64,000 nucleotides of DNA from Woeseiaceae bacterium (GCA_965224505.1 CBDCZL010000018.1:2963847-3027846); one strand, 5' to 3'. Numbered from the stretch's first letter, positions 46,997 through 57,205 are shown. Translations and numbers: made by a program. The notes: generated by a model from the sequence alone, not told the origin.

Positions 46997-48652
46997 GTGA
47001 CCCTCGGTGAACTGTCGATGAGCTTCGAGTGGGTCGCAATTGCGATGGGTGACGTCCTCTGGATTTCGATCGCATTCGTGATGGGTCTGGCATCGCGAAG
47101 CATCGGCTTGCCGCCGCTGGTTGGCTACCTCGCGGCTGGATTTGCTCTGAACCTCACTGGATTCGTCAGCGGTGACATGCTGGAGACGTTGGCGGATCTT
47201 GGCATTACGCTGTTGTTGTTTACGGTCGGTCTCAAACTCAATTTAAAGACCTTTGCGCGACCGCAGGTATGGGCTGTCACGGTACTGCACACATCGTTGG
47301 TGGTGCTGCTGATTGCATCGGTGTTCGTCGGATTGACATTCCTCAGTGTACCGATGATCTCGCAACTCTCGTTTGAGCAGATGGCCATCGTTGCCTTCGC
47401 CTTAAGTTTTTCGAGCACCGTGTTCGTCGTCAAAATGCTCGAGGAGAAGGGCGAGGTCGCATCTCTGCACGGCCGCATTGCGATCGGCATTCTGATTGTC
47501 CAGGACATTGCGGCGGTGATCTTTCTCGCCGCGTCGGCCGGGCAATGGCCGACATTGTGGGCCCTGTTGTTGCTGCTCCTGATACCTGCGCGGCCAATAT
47601 TGCTGCGGTTGCTGCAGACTGTCGGTCACGGTGAACTGCTTGTGCTTTACGGGTTCATCCTCGCGCTGGGCGGTGCAGAATTGTTCGAACTCGTTGGCGT
47701 CAAAGGCGACCTGGGTGCGCTCGTTCTGGGTGTACTGATCGCCACGCATCCCAAGGGCGAGGAACTCGGCAAGCAAATGATGAGCTTTAAGGATCTGTTC
47801 CTGCTTGGGTTCTTTCTCTCGATCGGGTTTTCGGGGCACCTCACAGCACAGGCGCTGCTTATTGGCGCAGTGCTGACACCGCTGATACTGCTGAAATCGG
47901 CAATCTTCTATGTGCTGCTGACGCGCTTCCGTTTGCGTGCTCGAACGGCGCTGCTTAGCTCGGTCAGCCTGGCCAATTTCAGCGAATTTGGCCTGATCGT
48001 GGCCGCAATCAGCGTCGCCAGCGGCTGGCTGGCCGGCGACTGGCTCGTGGTCATGTCGATCGCGTTGTCGTTCTCGTTCGCCATTGCGGCGTTTTTGAAT
48101 GTTCGTACACAGCGCATCTACGAGCGTTACCAGCCGGTCTGGCTTCGCGCACAGCGTAACGAACGCCTGCCGGACGATGAGCCGCCGCAAATCGGCAACG
48201 CGAGGGTCGCAGTGATCGGTATGGGCGGCGTGGGAACCGGCACGTTCGATGTTCTGGTCAATCAATTTGGCAGCGAGGTCGTTGGCATTGACATTGATGC
48301 GGCGACCGTCGCAAACCACCGGGCGGCGGGTCGCCCGGTATTTCACGGCGATCCGAGCGATGCGGATTTCTGGGACAGGGTAAGCAAGACGCACGCGCTC
48401 GATACGGTCCTGCTGGCGTTGCCAAAGGTGTCGACAAGCCTGGCTGTTCTAAAGCAGCTTCAGCAGAGCGGCATTGAGGGTTCGATAGCGGCGATCGCCC
48501 GGTTTCGTGACGAAGAGTCGCTGCTGCTGGACGCCGGTGCGAATACGGTTTTCAATATCTACACCGAGGTGGGCGCGGGCTTCGCGGCTCACGTACTCTC
48601 AGCGCTGCCGAATTTTCCTGGCGCCGCAGGACGACGGGATCGGTCGTCATGA
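46997..48652 (+). CDS. CPA2-family cation:proton antiporter with a C-terminal RCK/TrkA-N domain (Kef/YbaL-like)
   Basis: 551 aa with about 12 TM segments, then the Rossmann-like segment VAVIGMGGVGTGTFDVL. Confidence 0.85.
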   Translation: MTLGELSMSFEWVAIAMGDVLWISIAFVMGLASRSIGLPPLVGYLAAGFALNLTGFVSGDMLETLADLGITLLLFTVGLKLNLKTFARPQVWAVTVLHTSLVVLLIASVFVGLTFLSVPMISQLSFEQMAIVAFALSFSSTVFVVKMLEEKGEVASLHGRIAIGILIVQDIAAVIFLAASAGQWPTLWALLLLLLIPARPILLRLLQTVGHGELLVLYGFILALGGAELFELVGVKGDLGALVLGVLIATHPKGEELGKQMMSFKDLFLLGFFLSIGFSGHLTAQALLIGAVLTPLILLKSAIFYVLLTRFRLRARTALLSSVSLANFSEFGLIVAAISVASGWLAGDWLVVMSIALSFSFAIAAFLNVRTQRIYERYQPVWLRAQRNERLPDDEPPQIGNARVAVIGMGGVGTGTFDVLVNQFGSEVVGIDIDAATVANHRAAGRPVFHGDPSDADFWDRVSKTHALDTVLLALPKVSTSLAVLKQLQQSGIEGSIAAIARFRDEESLLLDAGANTVFNIYTEVGAGFAAHVLSALPNFPGAAGRRDRSS

Positions 48653-48716
48653 GTAGGTTGGATTCCCGCCGTGGTGTGCTTCCCGTCGACGCCAGTCACC
48701 GTCAGAGCGACGTCTG

Positions 48717-49082
48717 ATGCATCGATTCAAGAACATTCTCTTTGTCGCGGATTCAGATGCCGACAATGCGTTTTCTCTTCAGCGTGCGGTGGCGCTATCG
48801 CAGGCAAATCAGGCGACCCTGAAAGTGATGCAGGTGATTGATGTGATGCAAACCGATTTACCAATGGCGATCCGCAGCATTACGCCCAACGAAATCGCCG
48901 ACATATTGACCGCAGAGGCGCGCAACAATCTCGCGGAACTCACGCAGCAACATCTGAGTACCGATCAATGCGACATCCGGGTGTTTTCGGGGCAGACCCT
49001 TTCTCGAGATCATTCGAGCGGTCCTGCAGGACGGTTTCGATCTGGTCATCAAACCTGCCGAAACGGGAAGTTAAACGTCTGA
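48717..49082 (+). pseudogene. Universal stress protein gene, frameshifted and 3'-truncated
   Basis: The N-terminus is MHRFKNILFVADSD...ATLKVMQVID. After ...IRVFSG the family-like sequence continues in another frame (RPFLEIIRAVLQDGFDLVIKPAETGS-stop). It ends far short of a full tandem USP. Confidence 0.5.
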
Positions 49083-49139
49083 GCACCCGTATTCACTGTA
49101 TGATAGCCGTTTGCGCTGACCAATCTGACCGACGTTGAC

Positions 49140-49499
49140 ATGACAGAGAAAAAAGAAAAACTGCAAAGCGCATTTCGCGAAGCCATACCGCACGCGGTGT
49201 TGATCCACTTCGCAATTTTCGCACTGATTGCACTGGTTCTGAGCCTGGGTCAGTCTTTGTTTGAAGCGGTCTACGCATTTGTCTGCACAGCGGTATTCGT
49301 ATCTTTTCTCACTCTGATTTTGTTCATCGTTCCGAATCTGTCGGGACATTTGCGACTTATCGATGCATACGGTGAGGTGTATCTCGACAAAGCTCTTGAT
49401 GCTGTTAGTGATGCCGGTGTTGTCCGAATGTTCGTAAATCATTGGTTTTACACCGTCGACAAAGAACTGAAGTGCCACACAGAAACAATGGGGCCATGA
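49140..49499 (+). CDS. Hypothetical membrane protein
   Basis: 119 aa with two or three hydrophobic helices. No family was recognised. Confidence 0.35.
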   Translation: MTEKKEKLQSAFREAIPHAVLIHFAIFALIALVLSLGQSLFEAVYAFVCTAVFVSFLTLILFIVPNLSGHLRLIDAYGEVYLDKALDAVSDAGVVRMFVNHWFYTVDKELKCHTETMGP

Positions 49500-50194
49500 A
49501 CAAGCCGGAAATCCTCGCCTACCTAAAGGAAAATCAGGACGCCCGTGGTATTGCGCACTGGGAGAAATTTAAGGACGAATCCGGTGGCCTGAAAAGCTTT
49601 GGAATTGGACTGACGAAGCTTCGCAGGTTTGCCAGAACGGTTGGGCGGGATGCCAGTCTTGCCAGACAGTTGTGGAAATCCGATGTCTATGAGATGAAAA
49701 TCATCTCGCTGCTGGTTGATGATCCAAAGTTCATCACAGTCGAGCAGGCAGAACGACAGGTCGAGCAGCTACAGGGCGGACTTCTTGCCCACGTCTTTTC
49801 GTCCTGCGATGCAATGCTGGCTAAAACCCCGTTTGTTGTCGAACTGGCAGATAAGTGGATTGAGAGCAAGGACCCGGTACGTCGACGATGCGGTTACGGC
49901 CTGCTGTATGAGATATCCAGGAGCAGGAAGAAGAGTGCACCGGACGACGAGTACTTCCTTGCGCATATTCAACGCATAGACGGTACATACGCGAACGAAT
50001 CAACGCAGATCTTAATGTCGATGGCGGGTGCCTTACTGGGCATGGGTAAGCGCAGTAAGGTCCTCAACAAAGCGGCACTTAAGATTGCAAAAAAGATCGG
50101 TCCCATCGATTTCGATCCCGACGGGCGCTGCGACCCGATGGACGTGACCAAACATCTTACGAGTGACTACGTCAGGAATAAGCTGGGCATCTAG
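49496..50194 (+). CDS. DNA alkylation repair (AlkD-like HEAT-repeat) protein
   Basis: The ATG at 49496 gives MNKPEILAYLKENQDARGIAHWEKF...FGIGLTKLRRFAR...LWKSDVYEMKIISLL. The TAG stop lies within the CTAG flank of MITE copy 2. Confidence 0.65.
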   Translation: MNKPEILAYLKENQDARGIAHWEKFKDESGGLKSFGIGLTKLRRFARTVGRDASLARQLWKSDVYEMKIISLLVDDPKFITVEQAERQVEQLQGGLLAHVFSSCDAMLAKTPFVVELADKWIESKDPVRRRCGYGLLYEISRSRKKSAPDDEYFLAHIQRIDGTYANESTQILMSMAGALLGMGKRSKVLNKAALKIAKKIGPIDFDPDGRCDPMDVTKHLTSDYVRNKLGI

Positions 50195-50456
50195 TGGGCC
50201 GTGCGGTAAATTCGGTTACTTTCAGTCGCATCACAACGCCCCTGGGCAAGGCGAGCGAGCGCAGGACTGGCCGTCGCCAATTCAAGCGAGCTCAACGCCG
50301 CCGAAGGGCGTTGTGGTGCGACCCACCGGGAGCCCTTCTCAAGGGGCATACCGGTGTTGAAGCGGCTTGACATAGCCCGGCTATGCCGGCACCGCTTCGC
50401 CTGGGTCTGCCCCTTGAGAAGGACTCTGAAAGTGACCGAATTTACCGCACGGCCCA
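50195..50456 (+). mobile_element. 262-bp MITE, copy 2
   Basis: Near-identical to copy 1 and in the same orientation. CTAG on both flanks (50191..50194 and 50457..50460). Confidence 0.85.
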
Positions 50457-50507
50457 CTAGTCTCCACGCCGTCTCGATAGCAGCCGCTCCAGCGGACGGT
50501 GTCGCTA

Positions 50508-50876
50508 TCAGGTCCCCGACGCAGCAACGGCCACGGCCGCTCCAACAGCAACCACCGGTATCAGAACGATGCCACCGAGAACGGCACCGGTGGTCTTCAC
50601 TCCGGATATCTTCTCGATCTCGATTTTCTCGACATCCGTGAGCCTTACCTCGACGGTCGTCAGGCCATCCGCAGAAAGGCTGCCATAGATATAGCCGTTG
50701 TCGACCTGAGTGACTTTCATATCGACAATGCGGCCCTGCCTCTCGTAGACCACGATATGGTCGCCGGTCTCAAAGAACTCGGCAAAGTCCGCTCGCTCCA
50801 TATTGACCGGGCGCATCGACGTGCAACCGACGAGTGAGCACAGAGACACGCATATAATCAATTGCTTGGAAAACAT
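50508..50876 (-). CDS. Putative lipoprotein with a C-terminal TM segment
   Basis: The probable start gives MFSKQLIICVSLCSLVGCTS (lipobox). The C-terminus is hydrophobic and Gly/Ala-rich. Confidence 0.5.
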   Translation of the reverse strand: MFSKQLIICVSLCSLVGCTSMRPVNMERADFAEFFETGDHIVVYERQGRIVDMKVTQVDNGYIYGSLSADGLTTVEVRLTDVEKIEIEKISGVKTTGAVLGGIVLIPVVAVGAAVAVAASGT

Positions 50877-51073
50877 AACACGACCCTCTCTGAATTTACC
50901 CCGCGACATGCGGTGGACGATCCTGAGCATAGGTAAAGCAGCGGTCCCGCTCCCGATGGCAGTCCGATTTTTTCCTGAGGGTTAACTGATGGAGCACCAA
51001 GCCCTTGAATTAACAGGAAATCAGGGCCCGCCAGAGCTATACGCGATCGAGTCAGGCGCAGTATGATAGCCGC

Positions 51074-52687
51074 GTGACCACCTCAACGATGTTGATCTCG
51101 TTCTTTTTCTTCACCGGCCTCGTCGCGGCCCTGACCTATTGGTTTACGCGTAACGACGATCACGCCAGTACTACGGGATTCTTTCTCGGTGGCAGGACGC
51201 TCACATGGCCGCTGATCGCCGGCTCGCTGTTGCTGACCAACCTGTCGACCGAACAGATGGTCGGGTTGAACGGAGCGGCCTTTTCGCACGGGCTGGCGGT
51301 GATGGTCTGGGAAGTCGTTGCGGTTGTCGCGCTCGTCTTCATGGCGCTGTTCTTTCTGCCGCGCTTCTTACGGAGCGGTGTGACGACGGTGCCCGAGTAT
51401 CTGGAAATCCGCTTCGATCATCAGACGCAGGTGATCACCAACTTCGTGTTTCTCGTTGCGTACGCGGTTATTCTGCTGCCGATCATTCTCTACACCGGCG
51501 CCACCGGCCTCATCGGAATCCTTGATGTGCAATCCATACTCGGCGTCGAGTCTCATACTCAGACACTGTGGATTATCGTCTGGACGGTAGGTGTTATCGG
51601 CGCACTGTACGCATTGTTTGGCGGCTTACGAACCGTCGCGGTGTCGGATGTGCTCAACGGTATCGGGCTATTGATCGGCGGGCTGATGATCACATGGTTT
51701 GGCCTCAAGGCAATCGGCCAGGGCAGTATCGGGAGCGGCGTCGATGCACTCGTCGAAGGGAATGCCGGGCGATTGAATTCCATAGGTGGGCGTTCCAGTT
51801 CCGTACCGTTCGGCACGGTGTTCTCAGGAATACTCTTACTGCATCTGTTTTACTGGACGACCAATCAGCAGATCATTCAGCGGACCTTCGGTGCAAAGTC
51901 GCTGGCCGAAGGACAAAAAGGCGTGCTCGCGACCGGCTTGCTCAAGCTCATTGGTCCGGTGTATCTCGTCGTGCCCGGGTTAATTGCGTTCGTCGCATTC
52001 GCGGGTCAGGGCGTTCGGCCGGACCACTCCTACGGTCAGTTGGTTAATCTTGTTTTACCGACGGTATACGCCGGGTTTTTTGCCGCGGTGATGATGGGCG
52101 CGATTTTGTCGAGCTTTAATTCGGCATTGAATGCGACCTGCACGCTGTTCGGATTGGGCGTGTACAAGTCGTTGTTAAACACTGAAGCCAGTGATGAACA
52201 GGTCGTACGGGCCGGCAAGATATTCGGCTGGGTCATTGCGCTGGTTGCGATGACGCTGGCACCCATACTCGACGGTCAGGCGAGCATCTTCTCGTATCTG
52301 CAAAAAATGAATGGCATCTACTTCATCCCGATCTTTTCCGTCGTTGTCGTCGGCATGCTGACCCGCCGCGTTCCACCGCTCGCGGCGAAGGTCGCGCTGA
52401 TATCGGGCTTCGTCGTCATCGCCTGCGGCTACTTCGTACCGCCATTGGCTCGCATCGTCGATTCAATGCACGAGTTTCACTTTCTGGGCCTGGTCTTCAC
52501 CTATCTCGTGGTCACGATGCTGGTTATCGGAGAGCTGCGGCCGCTTGCCGAGCGATGGCGTGAGCATGATGCTGAGGCCGTCGACATGACGCCGTGGCGT
52601 TATGCCCGCACGGGTGGCCTGATATTGATCGCGATCGTTTTTGCAATCTATGTCGGGTTTGCGGATGTGTCTGTACTGGACGTGTAA
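51074..52687 (+). CDS. Sodium:solute symporter (SSS family)
   Basis: 537 aa, polytopic. Motifs: [29 protein letters not shown] and [16 protein letters not shown]. Confidence 0.85.
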   Translation: MTTSTMLISFFFFTGLVAALTYWFTRNDDHASTTGFFLGGRTLTWPLIAGSLLLTNLSTEQMVGLNGAAFSHGLAVMVWEVVAVVALVFMALFFLPRFLRSGVTTVPEYLEIRFDHQTQVITNFVFLVAYAVILLPIILYTGATGLIGILDVQSILGVESHTQTLWIIVWTVGVIGALYALFGGLRTVAVSDVLNGIGLLIGGLMITWFGLKAIGQGSIGSGVDALVEGNAGRLNSIGGRSSSVPFGTVFSGILLLHLFYWTTNQQIIQRTFGAKSLAEGQKGVLATGLLKLIGPVYLVVPGLIAFVAFAGQGVRPDHSYGQLVNLVLPTVYAGFFAAVMMGAILSSFNSALNATCTLFGLGVYKSLLNTEASDEQVVRAGKIFGWVIALVAMTLAPILDGQASIFSYLQKMNGIYFIPIFSVVVVGMLTRRVPPLAAKVALISGFVVIACGYFVPPLARIVDSMHEFHFLGLVFTYLVVTMLVIGELRPLAERWREHDAEAVDMTPWRYARTGGLILIAIVFAIYVGFADVSVLDV

Positions 52688-52702
52688 CGGCAGTTGAAAG
52701 AA

Positions 52703-52726
52703 AAACGGCCTCTTGCGAGGCCGTTT
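52703..52726. terminator. Bidirectional hairpin terminator between convergent genes
   Basis: AAACGGCCTC-TTGC-GAGGCCGTTT, with an A-run on one side and a T-run on the other. Confidence 0.55.
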
Positions 52727-52751
52727 CATCAGTCACACTTTTGTACCGTGC

Positions 52752-55664
52752 TTAACGCTGATACGTAAAGCGCACGTATCCGACCCGCCCGGGCAGGTCG
52801 TGCGAAACCGGACTCATGCCGATGACTCCACACGCGTCACAGAACGCCGGATCTTCGTCGAGCAGATTGTTAAATCCGATCGTGAATGTCATCGAGTCTT
52901 CCGCCCAGCCGGGTGTGTAACTCGCGTTCAGGTCGACGTACGTGACCGAATCGAGTTTGTTGCCGCTGTCGAGCGCCATTTCATCGACCCAGCGCAACCG
53001 CAGATTGCCATTGAGCCGCTCGCGCGCCCAGTTGAGCGAGGTCAGGATTCGCCACTCGGGGAACGCACGGAAGAAAGTCTCGTCAGGATGGCGCCCGGTC
53101 AGGTCGTTGACCGAAACCGATCCGTCCGGATTGTTGGTCCGTTCCTTGTACTCCCGGAGATGCGTGGCGTCGACGCGCAGGCCGAAGGTGCCGATCGATG
53201 TATCGGGACCCGTGTAATCGAACATGATGTCGATTCCCGAAGCGTCGATACCGCCGATGTTCTGCAACTTGTTCAGCACCGTGTCGAGTTGCCCGGAACT
53301 CGTGCGAGGCGCGTTGTCGCAGAAGAAGCTGTTGACGGTCAGTACGCAGGCATCGATGAGTTCACCCGGGCTTAAGCCCTGCACGGCACGCTCGATTTTG
53401 ACGTCGTAGTAGTCGACCGACAGTGTCATGCCTTCGGACCAGGACAAACCTTCAGCCCAGGACGGGCTGTACACCACGCCGAACGTAATGTTGTCCGATT
53501 CTTCCGGCTGCAGTTTATCGTTGCCCGTGGAAACCGCCGAAAGCTGAGGGTTCAGCTGCGCCAGTCCAGGTGCTACTCCGAGGGTCGCGCAGTTTGTCTG
53601 AATATTTGCCGGTTGTGCCGTATCGCGACCGCCGTTTGCGGCACCCAGAATGCCCGTATAGTCGGCACAAGGGTCGAAGAACGTGAAGTCCTCTCTGGCC
53701 GCACCGCCGAACAGCTCGCCAATGCCCGGTGCGCGGAATCCCGTCGAGAACGAACCGCGTACCGAGAACTCATCGACCGGCCGCCATAGAGCGCTGACCT
53801 TGTAGGTCGATTTCGAACCCGACGTACTGTAGTCGGAGCTGCGTGCTGCAACATTGAGTTCCAGCAGATCGGCACCCCTGGCACCCGAAATCAGCGGAAT
53901 GTTCAACTCACCGTAGAACTCGGTGACGTCGAAACCGCCGTCGGTCGGACCGGATGGAATACCCGCCGTTTCACCGCTGGCCGCAATCGGGTCGGGCCGG
54001 AAAGAACCCTCGTGATCGCGATACTCGATACCCGCCGCGAAACCGAGCATGCCGCCTGGCAACTCAGTGATGTCGCCGCCGATGTTGAGTGCCACGTTCT
54101 TGAGTGTCTGCTCGCTGAAATCACGCTGCGTGAAACCGACGAAGTCCAGCATCTCCTCGGTGATCGAACCATTTCCGTTGGGGCCCTGGCCGCCGAAGAA
54201 GTTGAACGGTACGCAGTTCGGCACGAGTGCGCAGTTGGCGGGGTCGCCCAGCGCGATCGCCAGTTTGGCCGCGTTGTGGGAATTGTACTTTTCCTGGAAG
54301 CCGCGGTTGTCCCCGTAGCCCGCAGTGAGATCCCAGTAGAAATTGCGGTTGGCCGCTTCGAACTCGCCCTCCAGACCGGCCGTGAGCATATAGGTGTTCA
54401 CGTCCTGGAAAAACAGGCGTGGTCCCGATTCGAGCGGGCGGCGGCCAAAGAATTCCAGGTTGCCGTTCGCGACCGACAGGTCCAGACCGGTGAAGTTGTA
54501 GGGATTGTTCGCGGAGATCACGATGTTGTCGAGGATACGATTGCCGCAGCCGTTACCAAGACAAAGCGGTTCCGGTGCACCTTTGGTCGCCGATGTGCGG
54601 TTCGTATACGAGGCACGGGCAAACAAGGTGATGTTTGGCGCGATGTCGTGGCGTACGTTGGCGTAAACGTTGACGCGCTCGTTCGGTGTACGCAGGAAGT
54701 TGAAGCCTGGACCGTTGTAGTTGAATCGATCGGCCGACGAAAAGGCATGAAAGTCCTGCCCGCCGCCGGCGTCATTCGGGTCCCACACGGGAATGTTGCC
54801 TATGCCGTCGTTCAGCACGCCGTCGTTGAGCGTGATGTCCTGAAAGTCGAAGTTCGGTCCGAACACGAGCCGGGCCTGTGGCGTAAACGAAGAACACAGT
54901 GAACCGGGCACGTTGCAACTCGTCGCGTCCGGATTCGGATACGCCGAACGGCTGCGGCTCGCGGTTTCGACGCCCCGTTCCTCAACGTAGCTGGCACTGA
55001 GCACGAAGTGAGTTGACTCATTGCCGCCGCCGAACAGTGCGGCGATTTCATAGGACTCACCGTCGCTGTCGGACAAATAGCTGCCCGCCTGGGCATCGAG
55101 CTTAAACCCTTCGAAATTCTGGTTTGTAATGATATTCACGACACCGCCGATCGCGTCCGAACCGTAGATCGCGGACGCGCCGTCCTGCAAAACTTCGACA
55201 CGCTGAACGACATTGTCAGGAATCGTGTTCAGATCGACCGCGCTCGGCACGCCGGATGCCGATGCGCCCGCGATCCAGCGGCGGCCATCGACGAGCACCA
55301 GCGTGCGCTTCGGGCTCACATTGCGGATCGACAACTGCACGGCACCCGCGCCGATGCCGGATCCGTCCTGCGGAAATCCGGAATTACCGGGCACGTTGAA
55401 CTGCGAATTGATCGCCGAGCCCGAGATTGGCAATTGCTGCAGAGCATCGCCGAGATTGGTCAGGCCCGTACTCTCGATGTCTCCGGTACCGATCTGCATG
55501 ATTGCGACGGAATCGTCGAGTGGATTGCGGCGTATTCGCGAGCCGGTCACCACGACCTCTTCAAGTTCCTCCGCCTGTTGTGCCCTTGCAGTATCGCTCG
55601 GGACGGCGGACAAACCCATTATTACAGCAGATGCGATAGCTGCTGCTACCGTTTTGCACATCAT
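52752..55664 (-). CDS. TonB-dependent receptor
   Basis: ORF 52752..55730, with a probable start MMCKTVAAAIASAV.... Plug motif EEVVVTGSRIRRNPLD...DGASAIYGSDAIGGVVNI and a C-terminal ...GYVRFTYQR. Confidence 0.9.
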   Translation of the reverse strand: MMCKTVAAAIASAVIMGLSAVPSDTARAQQAEELEEVVVTGSRIRRNPLDDSVAIMQIGTGDIESTGLTNLGDALQQLPISGSAINSQFNVPGNSGFPQDGSGIGAGAVQLSIRNVSPKRTLVLVDGRRWIAGASASGVPSAVDLNTIPDNVVQRVEVLQDGASAIYGSDAIGGVVNIITNQNFEGFKLDAQAGSYLSDSDGESYEIAALFGGGNESTHFVLSASYVEERGVETASRSRSAYPNPDATSCNVPGSLCSSFTPQARLVFGPNFDFQDITLNDGVLNDGIGNIPVWDPNDAGGGQDFHAFSSADRFNYNGPGFNFLRTPNERVNVYANVRHDIAPNITLFARASYTNRTSATKGAPEPLCLGNGCGNRILDNIVISANNPYNFTGLDLSVANGNLEFFGRRPLESGPRLFFQDVNTYMLTAGLEGEFEAANRNFYWDLTAGYGDNRGFQEKYNSHNAAKLAIALGDPANCALVPNCVPFNFFGGQGPNGNGSITEEMLDFVGFTQRDFSEQTLKNVALNIGGDITELPGGMLGFAAGIEYRDHEGSFRPDPIAASGETAGIPSGPTDGGFDVTEFYGELNIPLISGARGADLLELNVAARSSDYSTSGSKSTYKVSALWRPVDEFSVRGSFSTGFRAPGIGELFGGAAREDFTFFDPCADYTGILGAANGGRDTAQPANIQTNCATLGVAPGLAQLNPQLSAVSTGNDKLQPEESDNITFGVVYSPSWAEGLSWSEGMTLSVDYYDVKIERAVQGLSPGELIDACVLTVNSFFCDNAPRTSSGQLDTVLNKLQNIGGIDASGIDIMFDYTGPDTSIGTFGLRVDATHLREYKERTNNPDGSVSVNDLTGRHPDETFFRAFPEWRILTSLNWARERLNGNLRLRWVDEMALDSGNKLDSVTYVDLNASYTPGWAEDSMTFTIGFNNLLDEDPAFCDACGVIGMSPVSHDLPGRVGYVRFTYQR

Positions 55665-55746
55665 TGTGTACCCTCCAATTAACTGTTGCAGAATAACAAC
55701 ATTCGAAAGGTGCCGATTCCGTTCATGCAAATCTTTACGAATGCAT

Positions 55747-55799
55747 ATCTACTAAACGACCGAAACTAAAAGGTTTAGTTTCAATCTAGTTTAGTAGAT
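55747..55799. promoter_or_regulatory. Nested palindromes upstream of the TonB receptor gene (candidate operator)
   Basis: The outer dyad is ATCTACTAAAC (55747..55757) / GTTTAGTAGAT (55789..55799). The inner dyad is AAACTAAA-AGG-TTTAGTTT (55763..55781). Confidence 0.4.
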
Positions 55800-55934
55800 T
55801 CAGTCTACCGTGTACATAAAAGTGTTGCTAATTGACAACGGTCCGCTATTCAGATGGTGCTGCGGAGAGCAGCCGGCCTGGCGGCGAGGGTCATTTCCGA
55901 TGCCGTCACACCCCTGATGTCTATCGCCAAAGCT

Positions 55935-56579
55935 CTAATTCTTGCCGCTTGCGCAAATAATGGGCCTGAATCCAACAGTGCGCTCTTCGACGGGCACGCC
56001 GACGATCGGAATTCCGATAAAGCACGCGCCGATGGTCACACCCAGTCCGAGTACGTGGATTTCGGGCTTAAACGTGAAATCTTCGAGTACCGGACCCTGT
56101 TCCAACGGCACGAATTCGTCGCCCGGCGCGAACATGACCGAGTGCGTCTGATTCCACATTGCCGACCGGGATTCTTCCTGTGCTCGTTTTTCGTCGGCCA
56201 TGCTGGTAACGGTTTCTTTAATCAATGTGCGCCACTCGATGGCAGGCGGAGCTTCGACAACCTCTTCCGGTGTCGTCTGCGTTTCGAGTTCGGCCTGGGC
56301 GGGGACGGGGACATTCTGCGGCGGCGCCGGCGGTACGCGCACAGGCGTTGGCGCGATGAAGTCCGGCTGCGGCGCAGGCTTCGGTAGTTCGGTTTCAATA
56401 TGTACCGACAGGCTCTGAGTTGCAGTGGTACGCGCCGAGTGCCTGGTCGAAAGCCCGGCCAGAACGTATCCAAGCGACACCAGCAATAGCGAGACAATAC
56501 CGGTCGAAACGCCCATCGCGATGAGGAGCCGATATTGTTCGGGCCTTGCCGCCGGCCCCTGAATTGCAAACTCGCCCAT
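55935..56579 (-). CDS. Membrane-anchored protein with a proline-rich linker (TonB-like architecture)
   Basis: The probable start gives MGEFAIQG.... It has one TM helix, then PKPAPQPDFIAPTPVRVPPAPPQNVPVP, then a globular C-terminal domain. It lies upstream of the receptor on the same strand. Confidence 0.45.
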   Translation of the reverse strand: MGEFAIQGPAARPEQYRLLIAMGVSTGIVSLLLVSLGYVLAGLSTRHSARTTATQSLSVHIETELPKPAPQPDFIAPTPVRVPPAPPQNVPVPAQAELETQTTPEEVVEAPPAIEWRTLIKETVTSMADEKRAQEESRSAMWNQTHSVMFAPGDEFVPLEQGPVLEDFTFKPEIHVLGLGVTIGACFIGIPIVGVPVEERTVGFRPIICASGKN

Positions 56580-56734
56580 CCCCGGTAAATCCCTCTTCTG
56601 CGTTGATGCGCGACGGCGGCCAATGGTTGCCGGCAAGCAGCCCACCAGGCCGATGCCTGCATTTCCTCGTATTTGTACGCTTATACCGATATTCTTCGCT
56701 GAGGTTCCACAATCGACGAATAAGCAGGCTGAAA

Positions 56735-57205
56735 GTGCAGGACGACGAGCTGCTGAGACCGACACTCAGCGAACAGGGATCGCTAAAACCCATTTATTCG
56801 GTCGGCGCACTCATCGCCTCGGCATTTTTCGGCGGCATGCCGGCCGTGTGCATTGTCGGCGGCGAAAACGCTCGCCGGCAGCGACGCCTCGGGAAGGACG
56901 CCATCTGGCTGGCACTTGCGATTCTGGCGACGATCAGTCTGCTGTATGGCGTGATGCAGTATCAGGTCACTTCCGGGGAAGGGGTCGACGCAAGCATGGT
57001 TCGGCTTGCCAACCGCGGTGGCGGCTTTGCGCTGGCAGGCCTTTTCTATTGGCTGCACAGAACGGCTTATCGTACACAGCAATTCACCGGTACCGATGCA
57101 CCCTCGCCCTGGGCGATGGTGACTACCGCATGTGTGATCGGGATTATCTTTGTTCTCGGTCTGGGGTTTTTATTTCAGAGATTCATCGTTGCGGGAAGCC
57201 CATGA
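56735..57205 (+). CDS. Polytopic membrane protein, first gene of the TPR/AAA operon
   Basis: The GTG at 56735 is preceded by AAGCAGG. The product has four hydrophobic segments. Its stop overlaps the next start (ATGA at 57202). Confidence 0.4.
   Translation: MQDDELLRPTLSEQGSLKPIYSVGALIASAFFGGMPAVCIVGGENARRQRRLGKDAIWLALAILATISLLYGVMQYQVTSGEGVDASMVRLANRGGGFALAGLFYWLHRTAYRTQQFTGTDAPSPWAMVTTACVIGIIFVLGLGFLFQRFIVAGSP

Noticed and set aside
47402-48394. Long antisense ORFs: 330 aa here, and similar ones at 54012..54902, 61851..62576, 31059..31766, 10484..11182, 14170..15129 and 60305..61324.
   Set aside because: Each lies entirely opposite a gene with clear family motifs (antiporter, TonB receptor, AcnX, dehydratase/aldolase, IS66 transposase, integrase, ThDP enzyme). 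Their translations are Arg/Pro/Ala-rich and of low complexity, as is typical of the antisense frames of GC-rich genes.
50191-50457. 88-107-aa ORFs spanning each MITE copy (MGRAVNSVTFRVLLKGQTQAK...).
   Set aside because: The ORF coincides exactly with a structured inverted-repeat element. It changes strand with the element's orientation, and it has no start context or family resemblance. It is best explained as a chance open frame in a MITE.
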